64,000 bases of DNA, taken from positions 55,924,001 to 55,988,000 of the forward strand of contig CM060732.1 of assembly GCA_030704615.1 (NCBI GenBank). The letters run 5' to 3'. How positions within the stretch are numbered: position 1 is the stretch's first letter; each line of letters begins with the position of its first letter. Positions 38,171-48,799 of the stretch are shown here, one piece after another. Both the position numbers and the translations under genes were made by a program. Origin of the DNA: Takakia lepidozioides (taxonomy: Eukaryota; Plantae; Bryophyta). The notes under the pieces are model-generated. The model did not search any database, was not told where the DNA came from, and saw only the letters and a list, made by a program, of their open reading frames with translations.

Positions 38171-38598
38171 GGGAGGAGTCAGCATACTAAGGCCTGGATG
38201 GCAGTCAGGGGATGGTCGCCGTGCACAGCTCCTGTGACATTCATGGGGTGTATTGCGGCTGCCCAGCGGGGCAAGATGCCAACACTAGCCGCCTTTCAGC
38301 TGCAGTAGTTGGCCTGAAGAGTTGCTGGAAGGCAATGCCCATGCCGAGGATGTGCCGCCTCCAGCAGAGTAGGATGACATGCATGGTATGGCGGAGTTGC
38401 CTGCCATGGTTGCTCACATTCCATTGTGGGGTACGAGTAAGGAGTTGCAGCAGACTGCTGATGGACGGGTGCAACAAGCTGGGTAGAAAGCTTTCGTACC
38501 GTCAGGAGAGGAGGAGAGTGCGGTGATTGCACCAGGACCACCTCAGTTGTCTCCATTGGACACCACACCTATTGTGTGGCAGTGCCCGAATGAAGGAC

Positions 38599-39545
38599 TT
38601 GTTTGGCGGGGGGATCAGCACTGGATTGGCTGCAGTGCTGTGTAGGCAGATGTACGAGTTCGACGTCCTGTATGTGGAGAGGGATGGGACGGACTGACGA
38701 CGCGTCTCACTGCGCCATGTTGCTCAGATGGTGCAGCAGTACCCTGACTTGTTGCCGGTGTCTGCAGTTCGTGGATATCAGCAGGCCTTGCCAGTAGACA
38801 TTTCGTTGCTGGGGGCGTAGGATTTGGAGCAAGTTGGCTCCATTGATCTGGTAGTGGCAGGTTGGCCCTGCCAATGCATTATCAGCCGGGCTGCATGGCA
38901 ATGGATTGCGAGACTCGAGGACGGGTCTGTTTTGGGGAGATGGTGCGCATTTTGCGCCACTTGCAGCTTCATCAAGTGTATCTCCAGCATACATCTTGGA
39001 GAATGTGCCACTGATGGGTGATTCTCGGGCAGGGTGATGGCCAGTGTGCATCAAGTCCGGTCGTGGCTTAGCGTCAGCAGTGTTGCTGGATGCAGCTGCA
39101 GTGGGGTCACAAGCTCATCGTCCACGGCTTTGGTGGACTAACTTGATGCCACCCCCACTGCTCAAGCGTGCATTTGATGGGGTGCAGCGGCCAGCACACC
39201 TCACCGTGGATGGCATTTTGGACACAGGGAGGCAGTCTCAACGTGTGAGACACGCTGACCGTTCGCCTTTGGCCGTGGTCAACAGGGGTGGGTCAACACG
39301 AGCAGCATTACCTACACTGCTCAGACTTCCCAGGATCCAATGCTTTTCGGGATGGTGGACCTGGCCTCCTGTGGGATGCTCAGTTGCAGCAGTTAGTGGA
39401 GCCTAATGCCGACGAGCGAGAGCGGGCTATGGGGTTTTCCACTGGGACCACGGCGTGCCTTCTCTTTCTGAGGCATCACGTCGTCAGGTGTTGGGGTAAG
39501 CAATGGATCTCAATTGCTTGAACTGGATTATCAGCTTGGCTATGG
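38599..39545 (+). pseudogene. C5-cytosine DNA methyltransferase domain (DNMT3/DRM-like) embedded in pol
   Basis: Motifs in canonical order across frameshifts: I LFGG(G)ISTGLAAVL (38599); II YVERD; III/IV DISLL..IDLVVAGWPCQ (PC 38866-38871); LFWEMVRI; VI YILENVP (38999); VIII LDAAAVGSQAHRPRLWWTNL; IX EPNADERERAMGFSTGTT; X RRQVLG*AMDLNCL. Confidence 0.88.
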
Positions 39546-39959
39546 CTGAGCAACGTAGAGTGCGGAGTGCACTTCCCTTGCGTCTCTCTGCCTACCGAGA
39601 CGGTACAGGCAGCGAGTGGGGGGCGAGCCGGTGAGGACCACGGGGTGTAGACATCCATGGCACACGTGGGAGGTGCTCGAGGTTCAGAGGGAGTTGGCAG
39701 CCAAGGCAGCTGTGATGGATGAGGTTGGGGATTCTTCTCGGTTGATTGATGAGGTCATCAGGATGAGATGATGGGGCAGGATGAGGCTTTGTCATTGACT
39801 GAGCAGGCAGGGAGTACTGCTCAAGAGGTTGCGGCATAGCAACCACGGGACGCGTCTTCTACCTCTAAGCCTGCTGGACTCAAGGTTGCAGTCACGGAGG
39901 ATAATTGGGAGCCTGACATTGGACCCATTGTCACCGGAGGAGAGAGACGACGTATCGGC

Positions 39960-40410
39960 GGTTCCTGAGGGCTTACAGGAATTGCTTTGCCTTTAGTTTG
40001 AAGGACTTGGGAGCACTGAAGGGTCAAGAGATCCGTATTGAGTTGGCCACTGACACGCCAATCTTTCAGAGACCCTATAGATATAGTGACATGGAGAGGT
40101 CTTTGATTCAGATAAGGACTCAAGATCTCGGGAGGAGGTTGGTGGAGCTCTCTGGTGGAGAGTATGCTTCAGCCACAGTGATGCCAGCCAAGAAGGATGT
40201 CTATGGCAATAAGACGGAGAGACTATACGGCAATCTCTTCACCCTTGTCACGGATCACCAACCACTCAAGTGGTTGATGGAGTCAGACAAGCTTACGGGG
40301 AAGCTTGCACGGTGGGCACTCATCTTTCAAAAAAATATGACTTTCAGGTGGTGCATCGACCGGGTTTGGTCAATCGCAATGCAGATGGGTTGAGTCGCAA
40401 TCCATGTACG
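39960..40410 (+). pseudogene. RT N-terminus fused to RNase H C-terminus (RT core deleted)
   Basis: IRIELATDTPIFQRPYRYS..EYASATVMPAKKD runs directly (~40222) into LYGNLFTLVTDHQPLKWL..LTGKLARWAL..YDFQVVHRPGLVNRNADGLSR; no YxDD motif. Confidence 0.8.
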
Positions 40411-40599
40411 AGCCAGCGGGATGACACTGGAGCTCGGTGGCATGGTGAGACGGATGAGGAGATGGAGCCCGGATGGCATGCATCTACATTTTTGTGTATC
40501 TTGCAGCAGAAAGCCAGGTTGGACCTGCAACAGGGATGAACTGTAGATCAAGTGTCTGAGGACCCTGAGGCCAGCAATGAGCAAGGTGACGCCAAAGAT

Positions 40600-41850
40600 A
40601 TACATGAGGATTCAGTTGTGTTGGACTACCTCCGCACTGGAGACATGACAGCCACTGTGACTGCCAAGGAGAGGGATCGGATCCTACAAAGAGCCAAGAG
40701 GTTCAAGTGGGGGGGGACACACCTGCTCCGAGTGTGGGAGGATGGTCGAGTGAGGATTGTGCCTCACCCAACACAGCGGGCACGGTTAGTGCGGCAAATG
40801 CCCATGAGGAGTTGGGGCATTTTGGGATGCGACGCACTCATAGTCTATGCAGGGGCAAGTATGGTGGGTGGGTGGCGTGGTATGCACACAGAGGTATGCA
40901 ACAATTTGTGGCTAGGTGCATGGTGTGTGACAGGGTGCGTGCTTCATTCAATGCCCCTACTCCACAATTGCACCATCTTCCGATCATGGGATTGGGCTAC
41001 AGGTGGAGTCTTGACTTCGCAGGGCCGTTGCCACTGCCCATGCGCACAAAAGTACATGTTGGTGATGGTGGAGCACTTCTCCAAGTGGATTGAGTTGGTT
41101 CCATTGCCTGATAAGGCTAGTGAGGAGCTGCGTATGCATTCTTGGATTGTGGGCTTAGCCGATTCGGTGCTCCAGCTGAGGTACTCACGGACCAAGGGAG
41201 AGAGTTCTTGGGGAGGGGAGTTTCAGGCTTTGAGTGACAAGGCCTTGATAGACCACCGCACCACTTCTCGGGATCATCCTGAGGCCGATGGCTTGGCAGA
41301 GAGAGTTGTTCAGACAGTAAAGAGGGGTTTGCGCAAGTATGGCTTGCAGAAGGGACACCTAGGAGATTGGGACCTTCAGTTACCTTGGTTAGTCATGGGC
41401 TACAGGTTCAGCAAGCAAGCATCACTTGCCTCCTTCTCACCATACTCTTCGGCCGAGAGCCGGATTTGCCTACATCCATTCGCAGAGAAGCTGCTACAAT
41501 TCTTAACCTTGACGATCCGAACGTGTGGGCACGTGCATGTGAGCAGCGTGCAGAGTTGTTCAGAAAGTCATGCCCATGGCTTTCGAGAACCTTGCCATTG
41601 CACAACACCGTGATACGTTGAGGTATGCTACCATACGTGGTGGGGGCTATCGTCCTGGGGTTCGGAGATTCAACCCTGGTGACTATGTCTATCTGCAGCA
41701 GACTGCTCCTACGACCTTGGATGTGACTGCAGGACGTGTTATTTGAGGGTTCGAGAGGTCTTGCCCTCAGGCGTCTTGGTCTTGGAGGGTCGGGATGGCA
41801 TAACTTGGAAGGACCATGTGCGTAATTGTGCGCCATGTCACATTCCGAAT
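40600..41850 (+). pseudogene. DDE integrase (H2C2 zinc finger, rve core, C-terminal SH3-like region)
   Basis: AHEELGHFG..CMVCDR; WSLDFAGPLP; VMVEHFSKWIELVPL; LTDQGREF; HPEADGLAERVVQTVKRGL; RRFNPGDYVYL; several frameshifts. Confidence 0.9.
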
Positions 41851-41901
41851 GTCGATGGCAGGATTGACCCAAACCTGGCAGTGGTATCTGCAAGTTTGAG
41901 G

Positions 41902-42034
41902 TGCATGTTGTGTGGGTCTGCTAGAGGGGCAGCCACCATGCTGGTGTGTGATCGATGCTCTAGAGGTTGGATATGGGATGCTTGACTCCACCTCTGAGAT
42001 GGTTCCGGATGGGGATTGGTTATGTCCACAATGC
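41902..42034 (+). pseudogene. PHD finger at the integrase C-terminus
   Basis: CMLCGSARGAATMLVCDRCSRGW(H)MGCLTPPL..VPDGDWLCPQC has C4HC3 spacing with the conserved W; two 1-bp deletions, one in the His codon. Confidence 0.85.
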
Positions 42035-42292
42035 ATTGGATAGTGGGAGTGGATACAACCATGGGAGGCTAACAAGAAATGCAAGGCCAAGCTACTAGGA
42101 GACCTTGAACACACGAGAACCTGGCTCAAGTTCACAGATTGCAAGACGGCGACTAACGATGGGGCTACTCTTGTACCCGGGCTCTTGGTCTTTAGAGTTT
42201 GAGTACAATAGAGACAGTGATAGATGACTTAGTACGGTTGTGGCTATTACATCTTGTAGCTATCTGGAGTTAGAGGGACCTATCCACCAGCT

Positions 42293-42301
42293 AGGGGGGC
42301 G
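42293..42301 (+). promoter_or_regulatory. Polypurine tract
   Basis: AGGGGGGCG followed by AT and then TG of the full-length LTR copy. Confidence 0.65.
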
Positions 42302-42303
42302 AT

Positions 42304-42744
42304 TGTGGCAGACTACTTTATTGTGCATATATGTGTGATGTGGTTTGGACAGCAATGTAGTTGTGTAGCGATACGTATGCGCACGACAGCTGTCAAGTTA
42401 AATAAGCACAGTGTGAAACTAACTAGAATAAAGCTAGTTATTTGTATTTAACACTTGGATTTAGGTCAAGTGTTAAATCAGGTGTCAAGTTTAGTTTTGA
42501 CACCTGAACCGTCTTATCTTCACGAGAGCGTCAGTCGCGCAGCTCATCTCTCTCGAGTTGAGCCTGCGCGACCGAGCTCCTGCATGCATTTAGAACTGAG
42601 TGTGTTTATGATGGGAGAATAGGTAGTTGTGGGGTGGAGTCCCCATAGCTTGGGGTGCCTCTGGCTCGACTATTATCTTAAAGAGTGATAGCGATGGATT
42701 TCATGTTTCTTGTGTCAAGAGTGTGGTCTTTAGCTTTCTTATCA
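42304..42744 (+). repeat. Complete LTR unit (B1 + GC + A2), TG...CA
   Basis: Starts TGTGGCAG after the PPT, ends CTTATCA, and contains the palindrome GACAGCTGTC at 42385-42394. Confidence 0.85.
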
Positions 42745-42749
42745 CTCAT

Positions 42750-42834
42750 TGTGGCAGACTACTTTATTGTGCATATATGTGTGGTGTGGTTTGGACAGCG
42801 ATGTAGTTGTGTAGCGATACGTATGCGCACGACA
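42750..42834 (+). repeat. Terminal repeat segment B2 (85 bp)
   Basis: Copy of 42304-42388 with 2 substitutions; ends GACA next to the TSD. Confidence 0.95.
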
Positions 42835-43199
42835 ATATCATAATCTCAACATTGACTATGACATTTGAACCATCTCAAAACTTGTACTCTTTAGATCCAA
42901 GTGATGTTGCGGCTTTGAATGATTTCGTGGCTAATGAAAATTAAAAAAATTCTTGGGTCTGGCATTTGACTTATGTTATATGGAATGTACTTGTTTTTGT
43001 AGATGCTTTGAAATTTTATAATTATTCAAAATGACAATTTAAAATAGGGTCTAATTAATTGTTGCAAAAGAAAAATAGGGTGTTAAAAAACAAAGGGTTT
43101 TACAATATTACCTAAAGATAGGGTGGAAAAAAATGTTAAAAAAATATATAGCCTAGTATAAATATACCTTTGTATAAAAATAATACAATATAGTGACCT

Positions 43200-45770
43200 C
43201 TCCGTGACTGGGTGTATTTGGTCTCGAATGGATTGGGGTAATATTGGGTTACACGACGGGGTGTTTAACTCCACTCTGGGTTACATAGGATGGATGTAAC
43301 TCACATTTGGTCTCGAAATTTGATTAAGTCCAAATTGACGAAGTATTAAATGGACTATGAAGAGTTACATGACACACCGGGGTTACAGGGGTTACACCAA
43401 TTGGGATACCAATACCTAGGGTTATACTACAGTAGCCTCCCATGAAAAAGGGTTTCATGTTGTGGAGGGTAGCGTGTTGGTTAGGTGATTGTAGTGCAGG
43501 CGGCGATATTTTGGGTTCTTAAGTACTTAATAGTGAAACCAAAGGTAAGGGGAGGGAGGGGGGGGGGGGGGATTCGATAGGGGCCCCGCTGGAGGAAACA
43601 GGGCTGCCGGAATCCGGCAAAAGTACCGTCAAATAGCACGAGTGCATTAAGTTCTTACCTCATTTTATTATCTTCCTTTTTTAAGCAGTTTTGTAATTTT
43701 TTCGCGAGAGCATATTTTCATTTCACTGTAGCATAATCTCAAGATATTTCAGCAATCTATAGAATATTCTAATTTTCTGGGCGCTTGAGCATACTCAGAG
43801 TGACGTGAGTATATTCACATGCTACTACCCAACCTCCTTCTTGCTAGCTGCTAGAGTAAACCAGGATGGCAGAGGGCCATGATGCCATGACCAAAATGAG
43901 TCACTAGTTCAGAAGAGACTAAAACTGATCATTCCGGTAGAAAGATACACCCGAGTTGAATCAGCCACCATGTCACATAGCAATAGATAGTGGGCAGTAT
44001 CCTTGAGCTTTGCGCTCGGCGCCTCATAGCGAGGTTACTATGAAAGAGGTTATATCTATTCATTCCTGAAAGAAGTATCATTCCCTTATTGACATTTCTA
44101 TTCATTTGAAGATGGTTTCGGTTCCAAATTTTCATTTTTAACGGAGGCCATGCTTGCAAAGCCCACCAAAGTAAGGTGGAGGCGGGAACAACCCCTTAGA
44201 ACGTAGCCCTCACCTTTATATATTGTCTCAAGACCGTGGAGCCTTCAAAAAGGGGCCACCCCCTCATCCTACTTCGTTGGAATTCTTTGGAAAGCTCTAG
44301 AACTAGAAAGAGGACCCACTGTCTCACATATCCTATTCCTATGCTAGCCTCTATACGTCGCCTCTTATATCACTCTTTCCAACGTCCTTGCCTTCCCTCC
44401 CCATTGGCCGCTCTAATCATTTTTTTTTTTTTTGACCTTCAAGAATAGCCCTGGCGAAAATTTGGGACCCTTTATTTTCTCTTTTCACTATAATCAAGGA
44501 TCACTTTAGACTACGGTCAAAAACCAAGTCCAACTTAGAATGCAAGGTTTCTATTGGTCGAGGGCATTTTCTTGGATATATTTGGCTTTACACTACGGAC
44601 CAAGACCAACAAAGTTAGGAATGGCATGGCGTCTAAAGAGATCTTTGGTCTAGGGACCAAGAAAGGAATCCTTGTAGTTCGGAGGACCAATTATTTAACA
44701 TAATTATCTGACCCTAGACCAAGTATAGAAACATTAAACGAAAGAAGGAATATAGACCTGCGACCTATGACCTTCGGTTCGTTCTCTGAGTTGGAAATGA
44801 GCTAAAAAGGGAGGAGGAAAGAGGCCCTGGTGAACCATCATAAATGAACAAGTGTAAGCTTTGCTGCCCGACAGTATCAAGTACCAGGCCCACTGAGGGA
44901 CGGGCTAGGGGCAAGAACAAGGGGTACTTCCAGTGCAAAATTTGGTCTTGCACCGATCATCCCATGGACCAAACTATAATTTTCTTGAACAATCTTGACC
45001 GTCCGTTAGAATCAATCTTGAATGTCAAGTGGAAAGTGATGGAAGTTAATACACCTCTTTTTAAGTTTCTTAGTCTTGGTCCCGGTCCCGGTCCGCTTTA
45101 CACAGGGACCACTTTTGTCCCTAGGATATTCATATTTTAATATGCATCTAGGGACCAATATCTGAACGAAGCAAATTGGTCCAGAGGTTTCTTGGTCTTG
45201 GTCTTGGTTCATAGTCTACAGTGGCCCTAAGGGGCCTGATTTGTGAGTGGCAGCTCCAGAGTAATTCCCTTTAAAAACAAAAAACAAAAGTCTTTCAAAT
45301 TGGAGATAAGGTAAGAACTTAATGCACTCGCGCCATCTGACGGTACTTTTGGCCGATTCCAGCTGCTTGGGCTCCTCCGGCAAGGGGGCCTCTGTCAAAT
45401 CCTCCCCAACCCCTCTTACCTGGGTTCCACTATTAAATACTTAGGAATTCAAAAGGGTTTCGTGAACTGGTGTGCTGGTAAGGTGACTGTAGTGTAGCCT
45501 GCTTGGTTTTGGGTTTGGGAGGCTATTGTAACCCTTAGTAATGTAACCCAAGCTATTGTCACCCCAGCCGGTGCCACCCCGCAATAGTGTCATCTGTGTG
45601 TCTTTGTGTTACTCCTCGGTCCATTTTATACTTCGCCAAATTTCGAGACCAAGCGTGAGTTACACTCCATTCTGTGTAACCTGGAGTGGAGCTACAACCC
45701 CATCGTGTAACCCCACTGGAGTTTACCTCCAACCCATGTAACCCTCTGTCACACCGACTAGAGTTACACT
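43200..45770. repeat. Pair of diverged ~450-bp inverted repeat copies (43200-43650 and 45300-45770)
   Basis: Shared blocks TTTGGTCTCGAAATTTG, GTTACAC, GTACCGTCA..CGAGTGCATTAAGTTCTTACCT in opposite orientation. A related short block is also inverted between 31240-31320 and 45797-45870. Confidence 0.55.
44509..45216. mobile_element. MITE with TA flanks (Tc1/mariner-Stowaway-like)
   Basis: TA|GACTACGGTCAAAAACCAAG... and ...CTTGGTCTTGGTTCATAGTC|TA form imperfect TIRs; internal GACCAA/TTGGTC repeats. Confidence 0.5.
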
Positions 45771-47410
45771 CACTTCAGTTCCATCATCCATGCCACTCTC
45801 AAGAGAGGAGGGGAAGATTTGACATGCCAGAAACCAGCGTCCTGTCAGAGGTTGCACGTGTTAAGTTCTTACATTCCTAGTGCTCTCCCTTGCAATTGGC
45901 TACATTGTCTAGTTGGCACTACATAGTGTACAATTCTCAACTTTTTATGACCCTAAAATGAAGCGAGATGGGTGGATGCAAGCGTGTGGCCCACGTGAAA
46001 CACCCATGTGTCCTGCTACTTGGGATTGGAACCATTTTAAAAGCTAAGGATACCATTGGAACGCCTTGACCCACAAAAGGTCTGGGGCCCATCCTCATTT
46101 ACAGTCGCTTGATGATGATCTGCATTTTCATCCGCCACCCACCCTGAACCCTAAGCCCAAAATTTGGAAAGCAAGGGTAAGATGATTCATTCCTCTTTGG
46201 GTTTCCGGAAGGGGGTGCACCAGGGTGTACATGTACACCACAATGGGGCCGAGTGCCCTAACTTAGTATGTGTTTCGGCCTGCCCCTAGTGTGTGTATTG
46301 GGCCTTATGTGAAGGCCAAAACTGGCATTGTAGATATCACGGTGGCAAACTACTGGAACCCACATGCAGTGATGGGCCCATTCTGCTCTTATCTCGCTTC
46401 CCTCATGTCCGCAATCTCGATTCTCTGTCCAAATGCAGCGCAGAGCAGTGTATAAGCACAGGCTGTGAGTAATAAGTTGCCAGCAACAATCGTGGCAGCT
46501 CTGTTCCTGTCAAGGTAGGATTGTCTCGACAAAGTGGCTACATCAGATCCAAAACCTTCAAGATTGACATACCAAACTGCAAAGCAAAATTGTGTTCAAA
46601 GCAGTCCAAAAACCTTCTGCGCACAGTAGCATGGTATTGCTCTCGTGGTGGCACTACTGCTGGCTGGATTAGTGTACTTATCTAAATCTCGCAAATTGGC
46701 ATACACTGGCTAGGTTATGTCCACTGTGCAGTAGGAAAACGAATTAAAAACTTTCATCCTCATATCAATGGTATGGGGAACCTAGTCAAGAAGCAACAGA
46801 TTATTTCCCTTCCAGTGTGCTTAGTTGGTGTGTAAGAATACCTAACACCAAGAGCCTCAGTTCACAGTGTTTCTCAAAGGAGTCTGTTTTGAAGAATGAG
46901 TGGACCATGATATGCGATGCTAATCAGGTCGTAGCTCACACTCGAGAAGAGGGAAAAAAATCACTGCAAGCTAAAACAGAAGTAGCATTCTGCTCCACAA
47001 TACTTATGGTCGACAGTACTCTCCTTCTGGCTTCTATCAAGGACAAGTGATCATTCAGGGACCGAAGTTTCGTGTGAAGTTTTTTTCTTGAACCGCAACA
47101 GGTTTCATTTGTCATATGGTACATACTCTTTCCTTGTTGGAAAAGGAAAGGTAAAAGGGAACACGAGAGACTCTCATATCACCTTCCCTCCAGGTCGTCG
47201 AGTATAATTGATATTGGGGGTCACTAAAACAGTGCACCCCCCACTTTCCTCATAACTTCTGCCCAACTCTAAGTACCGAGACCTAATATACACATCAATG
47301 GGTATGGTCCTCACACAGACGTCATTATTCGTATGGGTTTCAAAGATTTTTTGTCAAATAGAAGCTGTTCTCCGTCATCCTTGCGATGTTTGAAGTGTGA
47401 GCTATTCATG

Positions 47411-48799
47411 TCAAGGAAGCATAAGGTCGGTCGAAGAATCGTCTTGAAGAATCTCCAGTTGAGCCCACAACAGAGGAGAAGCTCTGGGACCAGCGAGCTG
47501 TGGTGACATATTGAGAGATTCAGCAAGCATCTGAGTGACTCTCCGCATGGATGGCCTCTTAGAAGGCTTCAGTGATAGGCAGAGACTGATAATCTTACAG
47601 AGCCCCACGAGCTCATCATGATTGTGAGACTTCAACATTGGATCCACTATGTACCATACCATTTTTGGGTCAGAGAGATACTCGGTGGCCCAATCGACAA
47701 GAGAACCTTCCAATTCACTGTGAGGAGGTCGGCCAGTGATAGTTTCGAGTAAGAACACACCAAAACTGTACATGTTGCTCTCGAAATCGGGGCAGTGTCG
47801 ATCTGAGCCCTCTAGATCATTATAGCCGATTGCCCTTTGGCCCATCCAGTTTGCCCTCGGATGCCGTTCGCTTCTTATAACAGGCACCTTTGTCACCCCA
47901 AAATTTGCTATCTTGGCAGCATAGTCGTCCGTAAGATAAACTGCACTTGAATCAAAGTTCAAGTGGCTGGCAGGAGGGATCAGGTCATGGTGCATGTACT
48001 CCAGACCGTAGGCTGCTCCCATCACTACACGCATGCGTGCTTGCCAGTCTAAGTGCTCCGACTCCTTGTTATGAAGATGGTCAAAGAGGGTGCCATTGGA
48101 TGCATATTCGAAGATGAGCATGCGGGTAAAGGGATCCTCCTCTGCGCAATAGGCCACCAGATTGACCAAGTGCCCATGCTTCATCCGTGCCAGAGCTTCT
48201 ACAGTCCTCCGAAACGAGAGCTCCGCTTGAGGCGTCCAGTTTACTGCGCCAGACACCCGGATACTAGCGGCTGCAACCTCTGTCCCACTTGATAACGTCC
48301 CTTTGTACACAACGCTGTCGGCAGAAGAGCCAATGATGTTGCTGAAGTCCTCACATGCTTTCTCCATTTCCCCCCTACTTAGTGAAGGCACGGTCGTTTC
48401 AAACGCCTTCTGCAGGTGTCCACTCATGCCTGACTTCCAAGGGCTAACTGCAGTTGTTCTTCGTCTCTGACGAACGTATACGACAGCCAATACGACCAGA
48501 GCCGTGATCAACAGAACTCCAGCTCCACATCCCACTAGATAGACCCACAAATGGGACTTCACAGATTTAGAAGAGTCAGCCTTTGCCGGGCTCAGACCTC
48601 CAGCAGAAGGTTCTCCAACCCAAGCCTGAGCTTCCAGGCTGTCCGACTGCAGCATGCGAGAACCTGTAAACGAACGGCCGGCGCTACCAGACACAAACCC
48701 GAGAAACATCAAGCAAAGCACCATCCAGGAGAGCATATCCCTTGCACGGCACATCCTAATTCCACTTGCGCTGGAGTGAACCATCCTTAAACGTCCCAT
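47411..48799 (-). CDS. Single-pass receptor-like (pseudo)kinase, MDIS/At2g40270-like, intronless
   Basis: Continuous ORF with a signal-like hydrophobic stretch, TM helix, VSPWKSGMSGHLQKAF..ACEDFSNIIG, CAEEDPFTRMLIFEYASNGTLFDHLH and ASPLLWAQLEI. The catalytic Lys and HRD are absent (VAAASI, SHLNFDS). Confidence 0.9.
   Translation of the reverse strand: MGRLRMVHSSASGIRMCRARDMLSWMVLCLMFLGFVSGSAGRSFTGSRMLQSDSLEAQAWVGEPSAGGLSPAKADSSKSVKSHLWVYLVGCGAGVLLITALVVLAVVYVRQRRRTTAVSPWKSGMSGHLQKAFETTVPSLSRGEMEKACEDFSNIIGSSADSVVYKGTLSSGTEVAAASIRVSGAVNWTPQAELSFRRTVEALARMKHGHLVNLVAYCAEEDPFTRMLIFEYASNGTLFDHLHNKESEHLDWQARMRVVMGAAYGLEYMHHDLIPPASHLNFDSSAVYLTDDYAAKIANFGVTKVPVIRSERHPRANWMGQRAIGYNDLEGSDRHCPDFESNMYSFGVFLLETITGRPPHSELEGSLVDWATEYLSDPKMVWYIVDPMLKSHNHDELVGLCKIISLCLSLKPSKRPSMRRVTQMLAESLNMSPQLAGPRASPLLWAQLEILQDDSSTDLMLP

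Larger units (their letters stand above)
31847..42834 (+). mobile_element. Degenerate Ty3/Gypsy-type LTR retroelement carrying a C5-DNA methyltransferase and PHD finger, with split (permuted) LTRs
   Basis: Ends TGTC...GACA with 4-bp TSD ATAT (31843-31846, 42835-42838). Order: gag (CCHC)-protease (DSG)-DNMT-RT/RNaseH remnant-integrase-PHD. Repeats A1 31847-32199, B1 42304-42388, A2 42391-42744, B2 42750-42834. Confidence 0.92.

Noticed and set aside
38599-39545. Host DRM/DNMT3 gene or bacterial contamination
   Set aside because: Intronless, colinear within pol, decayed like its neighbours and enclosed by the element's repeats in a plant gene context; motif order is not DRM-permuted.
31847-42834. 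Tyrosine-recombinase (DIRS/Ngaro/PAT) element suggested by split direct repeats
   Set aside because: No YR motifs seen; a DDE integrase, aspartic protease, PPT, TG/CA ends and a TSD are present instead.
46140-46160. Telomere-like CCCTGAA/CCCTAA motifs
   Set aside because: Only two or three degenerate units, which could be chance or a telo-box.
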